A stretch of 64,000 nt of DNA from Heptranchias perlo. Lineage: Eukaryota. The notes beneath the pieces are model-generated. The model was not told the origin of the DNA and did not search any database. It saw only the letters and a program-made list of their open reading frames with translations. The DNA lies in assembly GCF_035084215.1 (NCBI RefSeq), contig NW_027139623.1:2418001-2482000 (forward strand), given 5' to 3'. This document shows positions 1 to 13,180 of this stretch, piece by piece (the first letter of the stretch is position 1; each line of letters starts with the position of its first letter). A program made the position numbers and the translations under genes.

Positions 1-129
1 GCATACATTCATGTATTAAAGACACAGTTTCATGCAACATACTGCAACCTGAAATAAAAATACAGAACGAATCCAGACTTGCACTTTGTCCCAGAGATTG
101 AGTTACAGAATGAATCCCACGCTGAGATA

Positions 130-890
130 TAATACCAGAGACTGACTGTCACAGAATGAATCCCACACTCACAGGCAGCACCAGAGACTGACAGATACAG
201 ATTGAATCCCACACTCACACACAGCACCAGAGACTGACAGATTCAGAATGAATCCCACACTCACACACAGTACCAGAGACTGACAGATTCTGAATGAATC
301 CCACACTCACACACAGTACCTGAGACTGACAGATACAGAGTAAATCCTACATTCACACACAGTACCAAAGACTGACAAATTCAGAATTAATCCCTCACTC
401 ACACACAGTACCAGAGACTGACAGATACAGAGTAAATCCCACACTCACATAAAGTACCGGAGACTGACAGATATATTATGAATTTCACACTCACACACAG
501 TACCTGAGTCTGACAGATACAGAGTTAATCCTAAATTCACACACAGTACCAGAGACTGACAGATTCAGAATTAGTCCCACAATCACACACAGTACCAGAG
601 AATGACAGATGCAGAGTAAATCCCACACTCACATACAGTACCGGAGACTGACAGATACAGAGTAAATCCCACACTCACATGCAGTACTGGAGACTGACAG
701 ATATATTATGAATCTCACACTCACGCACAGTACCACAGACTGACAGGTTCAGAATAAATCCCACACTCACACACTGTACCGGAGACTGACAGATGTAGAA
801 TCAATCTCACACTCACACACAGCACCAGAGACTGAAGAGAGAGAATTAATCTTAAACTCACAGACAGTGCTGGAGACTGACAGATAAAGA
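130..890. repeat. 46-bp tandem satellite (AGAGACTGACAGATACAGAATGAATCCCACACTCACACACAGTACC)
   Basis: 46-bp periodicity read directly; same family at 9020-9240, 19530-20290, 26640-27450, 41200-44450. Confidence 0.9.
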
Positions 891-1254
891 ATGAATATAC
901 TGTAACAGAGTGGAACAAATTCACATTGTCTGTCGTTGTTCCAGATTCAGGACAAAGTGCAATGTGAGGAAATAGTTTCTCTCTGTAACTTCTACTCTCG
1001 TATTTTTTCATATTTTGACAGTGAAATATTAAGACAATTGATTCAGAATAAAGTTTTTGTTTTACTCATTCGATAGTTGTGAATTTGCCCCATTATATTT
1101 CACTGTACATTGCGCAATATTTCTATCTGATTTCTCAGGACACGATTTATATTAATACAAATAAACCGAACTGAAACAGAAATAAAAACTGAGCACAAAG
1201 CTGGAAGTTTTAATCGCGACCGTCAAAGGTGAAAGGGATAAAATAGAGAGAAAA

Positions 1255-1355
1255 AAATACCAAAAATGCTGGAAAGACTCAGCAGGTCCGGCAGCATCTG
1301 TGGAGAAGGGAAGCTCGGGTTAACGGTTCAGGACTATGACCCTTCTATAGATCAG
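1255..1355. mobile_element. Short interspersed repeat fragment (AAATGCTGGAAA.ACTCAGCAGG.C.GGCAGCATCTGTGGAGA family)
   Basis: Motif recalled as a common shark repeat; copies near 19040-19140 and 27845-27940. Confidence 0.5.
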
Positions 1356-1640
1356 AAAGGTTAATCCGACATAATTTAAATAAGGAACGGGAATCAGCAG
1401 AGGGAAAGACTTCAGAAAATCAATTAATTTCACTGAATCCGGGCAATTGTGTCCAATATCCACAGTACAGATCAGGGGAAATAATAATACAAAGGGACAG
1501 AGTTAAATTCAACATTATGCGGGATATAAATGAGCTTTAAAAGTATTTTTTCAAATGTAAATTAGACCCGTTTGTGTTTTGGAAACACTATCCCTCTGAA
1601 CAGCATCAAATTCGGTTCCAGTCTTGGTGTTTCTGAATTA

Positions 1641-1714
1641 AGCGAACTGGGATTCAAACCTGTTGGAATTAACTGTTTGGAAGGCAGCTCTGCTCACCAT
1701 TATAGCGCCTTAGT
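1641..1714 (-). pseudogene. tRNA-Gly(TCC)-derived pseudogene
   Basis: Minus strand TATAATGGTGAGCAGAGCTGCCTTCCAAACAGTT resembles tRNA-Gly TATAGTGGTGAGCATAGCTGCCTTCCAAGCAGTT; acceptor and T arms degraded. Confidence 0.7.
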
Positions 1715-1859
1715 TCACTCAGAGGGAGAAATAGAGTGTTTCTGTGGAGTTTGGGTTTTGAGTTTCTGGCACTTTAATCACAGACAATAAATAGTTCCCA
1801 AACACCAGCCCCTGAACAGACACAACAAGCTGGTGGAATTTCTCATTTATAAATATTAA

Positions 1860-2850
1860 ATAAGGAAACGGCCAGGAAGATTTCACAAGAACAATTGGGG
1901 AAGCAAAGAGGAACTACGAAATTAAATTATCAAGGAATATCAAAAGAAATAGTAAATTATTCTCCAGACGCATAAATAAAACAGGGAAAATCAGAATAGC
2001 TTCAGTGCCACCAAGGAATGCACAAAATAAACTCACAGGTAACGTAAGTGAAATGGCAGAAATGTTAAATGATTACTTTGCCTCAGTATTTACCCGGGAG
2101 ATTAACAGGGTGAACATGATATTAGAGGAAGAGGTCAATAAAGATATTAAGACATTTAAGTTAGAAAGGGTGGTTAAACTCCTGGTCCAGATGGATTCCA
2201 TCTGCACATATTAAATGAAGCAAGGAAAGGGATAGCAGAGGCACTGTTACATATATAGAAAAAATCATCACAAAAAGGAATAGTGCCAGAGGACTGGATG
2301 ACAGTTAATGTGATTCTTATATTTTAAAACAAGAGATTGAACAAGTCCAGGGAACTATAGACCAGTTAACTAAAGGTCGGTGGTAGGAGTGATCATGGAA
2401 TTCTTTACTCAATGAAGCAGTAAAAAAACATCTGCAAACCGAAAATATAATAAAGAATAGTCAGCACGGATTTCAGAAAGGGAAGGTTTAACAGTTTGGC
2501 AGAAGGTTTGACAGTTTAAATTACAGTTCAACATAACTTATCTGCTTCTCAATTCTATTCCTCGAGAAATAAACTTCTGTTTGCTTTCTGTGGCCTTATC
2601 AACTTGTGTTGCTACTTTTAATGATTTGTCAATCTGTACCCCTAAATCCCTTTGCTCTTCTACCCCATTTAGACTCTTATTTTCCAAGCAGTATGTGGCC
2701 TCCTTATTCCCCCGAGCAAAACGCACCACCTCACACCTTTCTATATTGAAATTCAATGGCCATATACACGGCCTTTCAGCAAGCTTATCAATTCTTCTTG
2801 TATTTTGTCGCAGTCTTCCTCAGTATAGACAATACCCCCAAAATTAATTA
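1860..2850. mobile_element. Decayed CR1-clade LINE ORF2, plus-strand piece (~1860-2490) joined to minus-strand piece (~2540-2850)
   Basis: Peptides AEMLNDYFASVFT, PGNYRPV, SQHGF on plus; FNIERCEVV..EEQRDLGV on minus. Confidence 0.8.
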
Positions 2851-3015
2851 CAAGAATTAAACACAGCATTACAACTAACGTTTGTTCTAACAAAATGTAC
2901 TTGCAGCTCGTCTCCATTGCCAGTTTTTCTAAATCCCACCCGTGCAATATAATGTGAAGAATGAGTTTATCTTCTGTCCCTCTCTCATCTGTAAACTTCA
3001 ATGACCCGGGGTTTG

Positions 3016-3046
3016 GGGACATCTACTGGCCGGAAGCAGAACTGCA
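3016..3046 (-). promoter_or_regulatory. Putative CTCF site with upstream motif
   Basis: TGCAGTTCTGCTTCCGGCCAGTAGATGTCCC on minus: core like CCASYAGRKGGC plus TGCAG upstream motif. Confidence 0.5.
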
Positions 3047-3309
3047 ACAGTTCGGAACAAATTGCTGAAACCGGACAATGTGCAGTGTGAGCGTGTTTGT
3101 GATTGGTGGCAGGTATTAAATCTGATTGGATATCTGAAGAAACCAATCAGACAGTTTCAGTTAATAATTATTGTGACATCACTTCCCATGACCCAATCAC
3201 AATCATTGCCTTCCCCCATCCCTCATTACCATAGGGCTGTGCGGCTGCCTATTTAATCCGAGCTCGGAGCGGATTTGGGTCATTTCTGGGTCTGAAATTG
3301 AGTTTGAAA

Positions 3310-3684
3310 ATGCCTGAGGACAAGAAAGCAGCTCCCAAGAAGGGCGCCAAGAAAACCTTGAATAAAGCACCAGCCAAGGGCGGCAAGAAGCGGAGAAAGT
3401 CGAGGAAGGAGAGTTACTCCATCTACGTCTACAAAGTGATGAAGCAGGTTCACCCCGACACCGGCATCTCCTCCAAGGCCATGAGCATCATGAACTCCTT
3501 TGTGAACGATATTTTCGAGCGCATCGCGGGTGAGGCTTCCCGCCTGGCCCATTATAATAAACGGCGCACCATCAGCTCCCGGGAGATCCAGACCGCCGTG
3601 CGCCTGCTGCTGCCCGGGGAACTGGCCAAGCACGCCGTGTCGGAAGGGACAAAGGCGGTGACCAAGTACACCAGCTCCAAGTAA
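3310..3684 (+). CDS. H2B: Histone H2B
   Basis: 124-aa MPEDKK...[26 protein letters not shown]...KYTSSK; CCAAT boxes and TATTTAA upstream. Confidence 0.98.
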   Translation: MPEDKKAAPKKGAKKTLNKAPAKGGKKRRKSRKESYSIYVYKVMKQVHPDTGISSKAMSIMNSFVNDIFERIAGEASRLAHYNKRRTISSREIQTAVRLLLPGELAKHAVSEGTKAVTKYTSSK

Positions 3685-3720
3685 AACTCCACCATGTACT
3701 GAAAAAAAAATAAACACAAA

Positions 3721-3736
3721 GGCTCTTTTAAGAGCC
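3721..3736 (+). terminator. Histone 3' stem-loop
   Basis: GGCTCTTTTAAGAGCC. Confidence 0.95.
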
Positions 3737-4667
3737 ACTCACAGTCTCTCTGAAGACGCTGTACCGACCCCTCTGTATGGAATCATTTTACTGTAGATAG
3801 TTTGATACTAACTGTCTCTCTATAACTCTTGTGTTTTTGTAGTTTCTCTTGAAATCTGGATGATTCTCATAATCACAGCCCGGTTTAATCTGTGTGTCGC
3901 TTTTTTATTTAGTCCCAATAACCAAAAACGTGTCCCTGATCCTCTCATTCCCACCCGTTATCCCGTTCATTTTCCACCCCTTCCCCCGCATCTGCCGCTT
4001 CAGAGCCGTTTTAAGGCGGTGGATTAGACTTCAGTCATTTCATTCTCCTTTTCCCGTTTGTTTGTTCATTATTCGGGAATATCACTTTCAGAACCGCAAT
4101 CCTTTGCAAAACAGCAGCCCTGAAAGGGACTTCACACCGAGTACAGAATAGTCTAAAGGCTCTGTCACTGTTCGACTTCTTACACCAGGAGTCTCGGCTC
4201 CGGTTTCGATCGCGCTGCAGCTCCTGTGAACAGGGATCAATCCACAATCTGTGGTTTGTTACTTTTACAAAGATTGAGCTGGAATCTGTCCCGTTACAAA
4301 ATGGGACTTTATTGGAGCCCGATTGAAAGCGAACGGTGAATGAAGCCGGATTTTAACCGGATTGTAAATGATTCTGGAAGTTGTGATGGGAAATGTGGAA
4401 CAACAGAGTAAAAGGAGAGAGATTTTTAAATCTTTGTCTTAAGGCGAGTTTTTTTTTCCGAAATCCGCTTCTTTGTTACAAATATATTGGCGGGGTTTTC
4501 AAATTTCAAAAAAACGGTTCAGTTCGGTATTTTCCGCCTTTTCTCATTGCCGGCTGTTGATTGGTGAATGAAACAACTCTCTGAAAGGGCTATCCGTTGA
4601 ACCAATGAGATTGAGGACAGATGGACCAATCACAATTTCCCCCACTGTCCTCCTCCAGAAGGTATAA

Positions 4668-5117
<450 letters not shown>

Positions 5118-5189
5118 AGCGGCTAAGATTTAATCTGATAACCCAAAGGCTCTTTTCAGAGCCACCCAATGTATCTATGAAAGGGCTGG

Positions 5190-5398
5190 TCCCCACACGG
5201 GACCTGGGTTTGTACATCCCGGTGCCTGAATCTATCCAGTCTCCACACAGGAACTGTCTCTGTCCATCCCAGTACCTGAATCTATCCAGTCCCCACACAG
5301 GACCAGTCTCCATCCATCCCGGTGCCTGAATCTATCCAGTCCCCACACAGGACCAGTCTCCATCCATCCCGGTGCCTGAATCTATCCAGTCCCACACT
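5190..5398. repeat. 50-bp minisatellite, ~4 copies
   Basis: CCCCACACAGGACCAGTCTCCATCCATCCCGGTGCCTGAATCTATCCAGT repeated. Confidence 0.9.
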
Positions 5399-5627
5399 GA
5401 CCCAAGCACGGAAAGGTATCGGGTGCCTTCCACGCCGATTTATGTTCATTGAACTATTCGGCGCCAACTGTCAGCTACAAATCTGAAAACTAAAACTCCC
5501 TCTTCCAACGGTTCCGCAGCGGCACTGATTGATTCTGTGATGATGTGGAGATGCCGGTGATGGACTGGGGTTGACAATTGTAAACAATTTTACAACACCA
5601 AGTTATAGTCCAGCAATTTTATTTTAA

Positions 5628-5668
5628 ATTCACAAGCTTTCGGAGACTTCCTCCTTCCTCAGGTCAAT
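5628..5668 (-). ncRNA. Minimal type I hammerhead ribozyme motif
   Basis: ATTGAC-CTGAGGA-A-GGAG(GAAGT)CTCC-GAAA-GCTT-GTGAAT on minus; one stem I mismatch. Confidence 0.75.
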
Positions 5669-6904
5669 GTTTCAGGAGCTCCTTGAAGCCTACGCATTTA
5701 TACATATAGAACAATACATGGTGTTTACAGACTGCCCCTGCAACTGCCCGTTGCCAAGGCAATCACCGTTTTCAGACAGAGAGGTGTCACCTGCAGAACC
5801 CCCGAATACACATTCAACAAAAAAACAAACAGGGAAAAAAAACAGAGAAAAAAAACAGAGAGAGGCAGAAACATCCGGAAGGCAGAGAGAGCCAGCAAAT
5901 GACCCATTATATTAAAAACAGATAACATTTGTTCGCTGGTGGGGTAACGTGTAGCGTGACATGAACCCAAGATCCCGGTTGAGGCCGTCCTCATGGGTGC
6001 GGAACTTGGCTATCAATTTCTGCTCGACGATTTTGCGTTGTCGTGTGTCTCGAAGGCCGCCTTGGAGTACGCTTACCCGAAGGTCGGTGGATGAATGTCC
6101 ATGACTGCTGAAGTGTTCCCCGACTGGGAGGGAACCCTCCTGTTTGGCGATTGTTGCGCGGTGTCCGTTCATCCGTTGTCGCAGCGTCTGCATGGTCTCG
6201 CCAATGTACCATGCTCTGGGGCATCCTTTCCTGCAACGTATGAGGTAGACAACGTTGGCCGAGTCACAGGAGTATGAACCATGCACCTGGTGGGTGGTGT
6301 CCTCTCGTGTGATGGTGGTATCTGTGTCGATGATCTGGCATGTCTTGCAGAGGTTACCGTGGCAGGGTTGTGTGGCGTCGTGGAAGCTGTTCTCTTGAAA
6401 GCTAGGTAATTTGCTGCGAACGATGGTCTGTTTGAGGTTGGGTGGCTGTTTAAAGGCGAGTAGTGGAGGTGTGGGGATGGCCATAGCGAGGTGTTTGTCC
6501 TCATTGATGACATGTTGAAGGCTGCGGAGAACATGGCTTAGTTTCTCCGCTCCGGGGAAGTACTGGACGACAAAGGGGATCTGGACGGCCTCAACCGGGA
6601 TCTTGGGTTCATGTCACGCTACACGTTACCCCACCAGCGAACAAATGTTATCTGTTTTTAATATAATGGGTCATTTGCTGGCTCTCTCTGCCTTCCGGAT
6701 GTTTCTGCCTCTCTCTGTTTTTTTTCTCTGTTTTTTTTCCCTGTTTGTTTTTTTGTTGAATGTGTATTCGGTGGTTCTGCAGGTGACACCTCTCTGTCTG
6801 AACACGGTGATTGCCTTGGCAACGGGCAGTTGCAGGGGCAGTCTGCAAACACCATGTATTGTTCTATATGTATAAATGCGTAGGCTTCAAGGAGCTCCTG
6901 AAAC

Positions 6905-6945
6905 ATTTACCTGAGGAAGGAGGAAGTCTCCGAAAGCTTGTGAAT
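6905..6945 (+). ncRNA. Minimal type I hammerhead ribozyme motif
   Basis: Stem I ATTTAC/GTGAAT, core CTGAGGA, stem II GGAG/CTCC, GAAA, palindromic AAGCTT stem III. Confidence 0.8.
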
Positions 6946-7384
6946 TTAAAATAAAATTGCTGGACTATAACTTGGTGTTGTAAAATTGTTTACAATTGAT
7001 TCTGTTATGATAGTGATTGTATTGGAACTGTAGTGTGCCTCAATTATTGAATTTAAATTGTATTTTCCGCCTTTTTTTCGAGCAATCCTTGAATATTAAG
7101 CCGGAGTCTGTCAGGATTGTGTCTGAATTTGTATTTCGCATTTGATGCTGGTGAACATTTTATCAAGGACGGTAACTGATTCCTGGAGGCGGAGCTTGAA
7201 GTTTACGTCCACTTGTCCGTCATTCTGAGCCAGTCTCCTCCCCTCCCGCACTTCATGCGCTGTCTGTCATTCAAACACTCCTCCCCGGCCTCTCTGATAA
7301 TGTGCCTTTCTCAACCAGGTCGGGGCGGGCTTTATAAATAGAGAAGAAAGGCGAGAGTTTTTCATTCAGCAGCGATCTGACTGA

Positions 7385-7705
<321 letters not shown>

Positions 7706-9019
7706 ACAACTCGACACTTTCAAACCGAACACAAAACAAAGGCTCTTCTCAGAGCCACCCACCGCCTCACGGAGAGAACACTGACCTGGGAACTGGTGCG
7801 GGATATATGGGGCTCGGGAATAGTTTTATAATTAAGCAGTTTTCTGTAGTACGGCGACGTGGTATCGGCGGCGTGCTGCACCGGTTACTTAGGGCAACAT
7901 TTCCCTTAATGAGTGCACTGAATTGTCCAGGGAACGTTACAAGTGAGTTTACCCGGACCTGCATTCCCCCCCTCAGTGAAATGCTCCTTCACTCCACTGT
8001 TTTGGTTGTATTTATCGATCAGATTTTGTGATGTGGGACCGGGGGTTTCCATGGGAGAACAGGTTAAGCTGAGCCGCTGTGATAAGGGGCCAGCTTGTGA
8101 TATGGATTTTCCCTCTGACGGTTGTTTCTGACACTGATACTGAGAGGGTTTGTGAAATTGAACCGTTTGAGCTCAGTCATTGGGGACCTGGAATTACCAC
8201 AGGCCCAACTCTCAAAGCCCGCTCCAAACTGAGGCTACTTCTCATTGGTTGCTTTGCTTGAAAACTAATTTCCTTAACCAATCGGAGAGACGTCAATACG
8301 AAAACAGAGCAAATTATTGGCCAGAATTGACCGATTTTTTAAAATTTGAAAAAGGCCGCCAATTTCAGTGTATGAAATCAGTGAATTACTCGGACATGTC
8401 GTTTTCAGACAAAGACTTAAAATCTCTTTGTAATAATGTTATTCCGTATTACACGTCCCAGATTCCTAGCGCTGTTTTAAAATCACATTGTCCATAACTT
8501 GCGGAATAAAACCCCATTCATAGATTGCTGATAAAGACAAATTTCACTTCTACCTGTAAAAATAACAAATTACAGGTTATCGATTGATTCCGTTGCAGGG
8601 ACTGAACAGGAGCCGTGTGTCCTGAAAACGGAATTATTGACGAAGCCTGAAAATGAGCCTATTTTCTCCAAGACATTCATTCTGGATTGTGACACTGCGG
8701 GGAACGTGCTGCTAATATGCGGGATATTAATATCAGTAATTAATTATTTCAGAGATTGGCTCCGCAGTGAGAAAGAGGAAGGAACTGAATTCTGATTCTT
8801 AGCCCTGAAAGTGATTGTTAACGGGAAAACCGGGGGCGGTGTAAATCTGAATGAGAGCAAGAGCAAAGCAAAAGGGGCATTGAACGGACCCCGGACACGT
8901 GTTCACTTTATTGGGTCGTAAATTCTACAGAGACAAACATTAAAATGGGGCGGTTTCACTGACTTTCTTTCAATTTCCCCAATAGATTCAAAGGATGATG
9001 ACCGAGTAAAGCAGCAATT

Positions 9020-9240
9020 CTGAATCTCAGTCTCTGGTCCTGTGTGTGAGTGTGGGATTAATTCTGTATCTGTCAGTCTCAGGTCCTGTGTATGAGTGTG
9101 GGATTCATTCTGTATCTGTCAGTCTCTGGTGCTGTGTGTGAGTGTGGGATTCATTCTGTATCTCTCACTCCCTGGCACTGTGTGTGAGTGTGGGATTCAT
9201 TCTGTATTTCTCAGTCCGTGGAACTGTATGTGAGTGTGAG
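9020..9240. repeat. 46-bp satellite, reverse orientation
   Basis: GTGAGTGTGGGATTCATTCTGTATCTGTCAGTCTC repeats. Confidence 0.85.
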
Positions 9241-10932
9241 AGGGCAGGGACCTTTGTACAGGTCAGGTTTCTGATCCCCTCTCCCATGGGACTAACCTTT
9301 CAACCGAAACCCAACAGCCGCTGTTTCAAATGTATCCTTCACACTTCTCACCTGGTGCCTTCAATCGATGCTCTTTGTATAACTCCCCACATCCTTACTG
9401 TCCGGCTCTGTTTCCACTCTTCACTGTCCAACCACAGAGTGAGACTGGAACTAAACCAGGAACATTCACTATTGGTTTGGGGGGAGAAAGCAGCAATGAT
9501 TTTAAATAGCAGGTTCTTCCCATTCTGAGTGTGAAACGGACACACTGGTGGGAATGTGAGACTGATATTGTGCCTCTCTGTATCTCTCTCACTAGCGCTG
9601 CACATGAAGGTGGGATACTGTGACTGAGCGTGAAACGGACACACTGATAGGAAGTGTGAGACTGATACTGTGTCTGTGTGTATGTCTCTCTCTCTGTTTA
9701 TCTGTCGGTCTGTCTTTCTCTCTCTAGTGCTGTACATGAAAGCAGGATACTGTTACTGAGCGTAATATGAACACCCTGTTGTAAGGTAAAGACTGATTCT
9801 GTGTCTGTGAACAGACCTCCGGTTCTGTTGGTGAGACGGTCACTGTCCCTTCTATTATGTATGCTCCGGTCTGACGGTGCATTTACCTGTCTCCAGTCCA
9901 GTAAGGAAAGTTGGAGAGAAACAGCCTGTAACTGTCTGACACTGGACTGCCTATGAATGTTGAATTTATTCAGTAACTAGCCGTCTCTGGGTATTGAGAA
10001 CGGGACGGATAGGACACCAGTTACGATTGTCTGTCAGTCAGTTTAGTAGGAGAGAGAGACACAGAGAGATTGGAGGAGCCCAGAGCGGATAATTTGTATT
10101 TTCATCTTAATCAAACATATTTCGGTGTGGATCAATATAATAATGTAAAACCAGATGTGGATTATCACATCCACAGCTGTGATTGGCTCCTGCCCCTGAA
10201 TCTGGGGACCAGACACTGTGAGGAGCGCCGGCCTCACAGTGTTTAACAGTTACTGAGCTGGGAAACTACAACTAACCCCCGAGAATCTGCAGCACAGGCC
10301 GAGCGGGGAGGAAAGCCTGTCCCGGGAATTGTCAATCTGGCGAACAGTTTGTCCTGTGAATGTGAAGATGTGAACATTGTGTCAGAGAGAGTGTGTTAAA
10401 GGGGCGGGCGGGTTAGAGTAATGTCACTGTGTTTGTGTGGCCGGTCTCATCGCCGGATTTCCAAGTCTATTTTGAGTAAAATTTAAAAAAATCCCTGTCA
10501 AAGGAACGCCCTCCTCCACTGCCGAGCTCCGAAGTGGAAATTTAAGGTAAAGTTTCAGATCAATTCAAGATTTCAGCCGAAAAACGGAGATCATGTCAGC
10601 GATCGGGTGAGAGAGCGCGATCAGTGCAGCAATGAAACGGGTTTAAATCGAAACTGGTGCTTTTAATTCCGGTGAAAGTTTTTCGACAGCAAACATACCG
10701 GTGTTCGAGATAGGAAGGGGCTCGTCTGGGACTCTGGAGTGCCCGATTTGAATTGGAATCGGGGAGTTTAAGAGGAGAGAGAAACACAGAGAGGCTGGAG
10801 GGGCCGGGAGCTGACAGCAGGATGTCTCCGCCCCGTCCGCTCTGTGCCTTTAAGTTGCTCTGTGCCGCCGCCTCTCGTTTCATTTCTGACCCAGCTCTGA
10901 CTGTCAGAGAGATTTTCGACAGAGTCCCGGAC

Positions 10933-11550
10933 ATGACAGACACTGCAGCCGCCGAAACGGCACCTCCTGCCGCCGCCGCCGCTCCACCCAAGGCTCCCAA
11001 GAAGAAGAAGGCGGTTCCCAGACCCAAGCCCACCGGTCCCCCGTTGGGAGAACAGATCCTCAAGATTGTGGGGGATTGCAAGGATCGCAAGGGGATATCC
11101 CTGGCCGCGATAAAGAAGGTTCTGGCGACCAAAGGCCTGGATGTGGAGAAGCTCCGGTCCCAGATCAAATTAAGTATCAAGAGAAATGTGGAAAAAGGCT
11201 CCCTGGTGCAGATCAAGGGCACGGGCGCCTCGGGCTCCTTCAGAGTCGCTAAGAAGGAAACCCAGACAAAAGTGGTAAAGAAGGTGAAGAAACAAGTGAC
11301 CAAGAAATCTCCCGGAAAGAAACCAGCGGCCAAAAAAACAGCCGTCAAGAAATTAACGGCCAAGAAACCAGCGGTCAAGAAATCGACCACGAAAAAGGCG
11401 GCGAAATCACCAATTAAGAAGAAAGCGGCGGCGAAGAAGCCCAAGACCCCCAAGACAGTGAAGGCGAAGGCGAAGAAGGTGGAAAAACCGAGGGCCAAGC
11501 CCAAGCCGAAGTCAGCAAAGCCTAAGAAAGCAGCGGGCAAAAAGAAGTAA
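10933..11550 (+). CDS. H1: Linker histone H1 (replication-dependent)
   Basis: 205 aa, globular domain with GSLVQIKGTGASGSF and K/A/P-rich tail; H1 box AAACACA 10782-10788; stem-loop 11587-11602. Confidence 0.96.
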   Translation: MTDTAAAETAPPAAAAAPPKAPKKKKAVPRPKPTGPPLGEQILKIVGDCKDRKGISLAAIKKVLATKGLDVEKLRSQIKLSIKRNVEKGSLVQIKGTGASGSFRVAKKETQTKVVKKVKKQVTKKSPGKKPAAKKTAVKKLTAKKPAVKKSTTKKAAKSPIKKKAAAKKPKTPKTVKAKAKKVEKPRAKPKPKSAKPKKAAGKKK

Positions 11551-12438
11551 AAAATCAAGTGCAACTTGTGACCATCTGAACCCAACGGCTCTTCTCAGAG
11601 CCACCCACGTCTCTCAGAAAAGAGCTGATCCCGGAATCAGATGATTCCTGTCCCGGGGCCGGGCTCAGATTTCAGATAGAAATCATTTCAAATAAACCCA
11701 GGGTCCTGGTGCCTCGCTGATATTCGCTATCCCCGCCCCACCCCCACTGTCTGAAATAAAATAGAGAGAATGGGATGTCCGGGCCGGGCCTCACTGGAAC
11801 TGGCGTGTGTTCGGCTCCAGTCCCAGTTCATTTTTTCTCACAGTTTCAGGGTGAGAGTCCGTGACAGGGTAAAACTGGCGGAGATCCGCCGCTATCACAA
11901 TTCAAACCCCAACACATGAGATTCTCCAAATCAGCTGGAATAAAGTGTTTGTAAACTGCTGAACCCGTCTGGGAGGGGATGTGTGGGGAGATCGAATCGG
12001 GTCTGGGACTGAAATGGAAGGAGGCGGGTTGACTTGTTATAGAAAGGACTGTATTTTGGCAGGAATATTGCTGACTATTGATTGTAACGGGGCTTATTGA
12101 AAAGCTCCGGGATTCTATGAAGCCCGAGTCTGTCAGGGTTTCTGCGGAGCGCTGTGTTTCGGTTCTATTATCGATAAACGGTTTGAAATTGGCGGTGGAG
12201 AAAGCTGGAGGTGGAGCTGGAAGATCAGAGGCTGCTCTCCGCTTTGTCCGTCACTCTGACTGTCTCCTCCCCTCCCTGTTTAATATCTCACTCTGTCTCC
12301 TCCCCTCCCTGTTCAATATCTCACTCTGTCTCCTCCCCTCCCTCTCTCACCCTCTGTCTGTTTCAGTCAGGTCAGGGCAGGCTGCATAAAAACGGAACCA
12401 GCATCAGTTTGCTCTTCATTCAGCAGCGATTTGAGTGA

Positions 12439-12759
<321 letters not shown>

Positions 12760-13180
12760 ACAACTCGACCCTTTCAAACCGAACACAAAACAAAGGCTCT
12801 TCTAAGAGCCGCCCACCGCCTCACAGAGAGAGCACTGACCTGGGAACGGGGAGAGGAATAATCTCGGGGTGGGGAAGCAGTTTCGGATATTTAATTAGTT
12901 TGGGGCGATTCCCCAACACTCGGTACAGGGAGATCAGAAACAACGGCCGGGGTTCTCGGCCATCCCGAGAGAAGGAGCGGAATTCCCGGTTTCACGATCG
13001 AAATGAACAGGCGGGGATACAGACTCTTTCCCCAGACATTACATTCTCCGCTCAGAGTAAAATCCCTCCTCACTCCCTCTCCCGCTGTGTCCTCTCTGCT
13101 CGCTCTTTATTTCCTGCCCTCATTCAATTATCAGTTCGATGTGAAGTTTCTGTTTGAGGAGCGGTTCACCGGGCCGGAAC

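Larger units (their letters stand above)
1..3740 (+). repeat. Direct segmental duplicate of ~26520-30330 (satellite, CR1 pieces, H2B)
   Basis: Collinear high similarity by eye; homology stops after the H2B stem-loop. Confidence 0.9.
5539..6998 (-). mobile_element. Penelope-like retroelement (Neptune-type, GIY-YIG), 5'-truncated, with inverted pseudo-LTR
   Basis: ORF 5912-6484(-) has C-rich linker plus NVVY...YIGET...R GIY-YIG; 416-bp inverted repeats 5575-5990 and 6583-6998; 11-bp flanking duplication ATTGATTCTGT at 5528-5538 and 6995-7005. Confidence 0.93.

Noticed and set aside
130-890. 46-bp, 39-bp and 36-bp arrays as CRISPR arrays or repeat proteins
   Set aside because: No unique spacers, eukaryotic context; ORFs such as 44637-45005 and 47210-47725 arise from unit lengths divisible by 3
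10753-10932. N-terminal extensions of histone ORFs in the track (also H2B, H3)
   Set aside because: They begin at non-ATG codons or upstream of the TATA box; true starts are the canonical ATGs
10596-11585. Long antisense ORFs over histone genes (also 3280-3738, 13552-14121, 33483-34391, 36404-37285)
   Set aside because: Expected by-product of histone codon bias; no independent domain or promoter evidence
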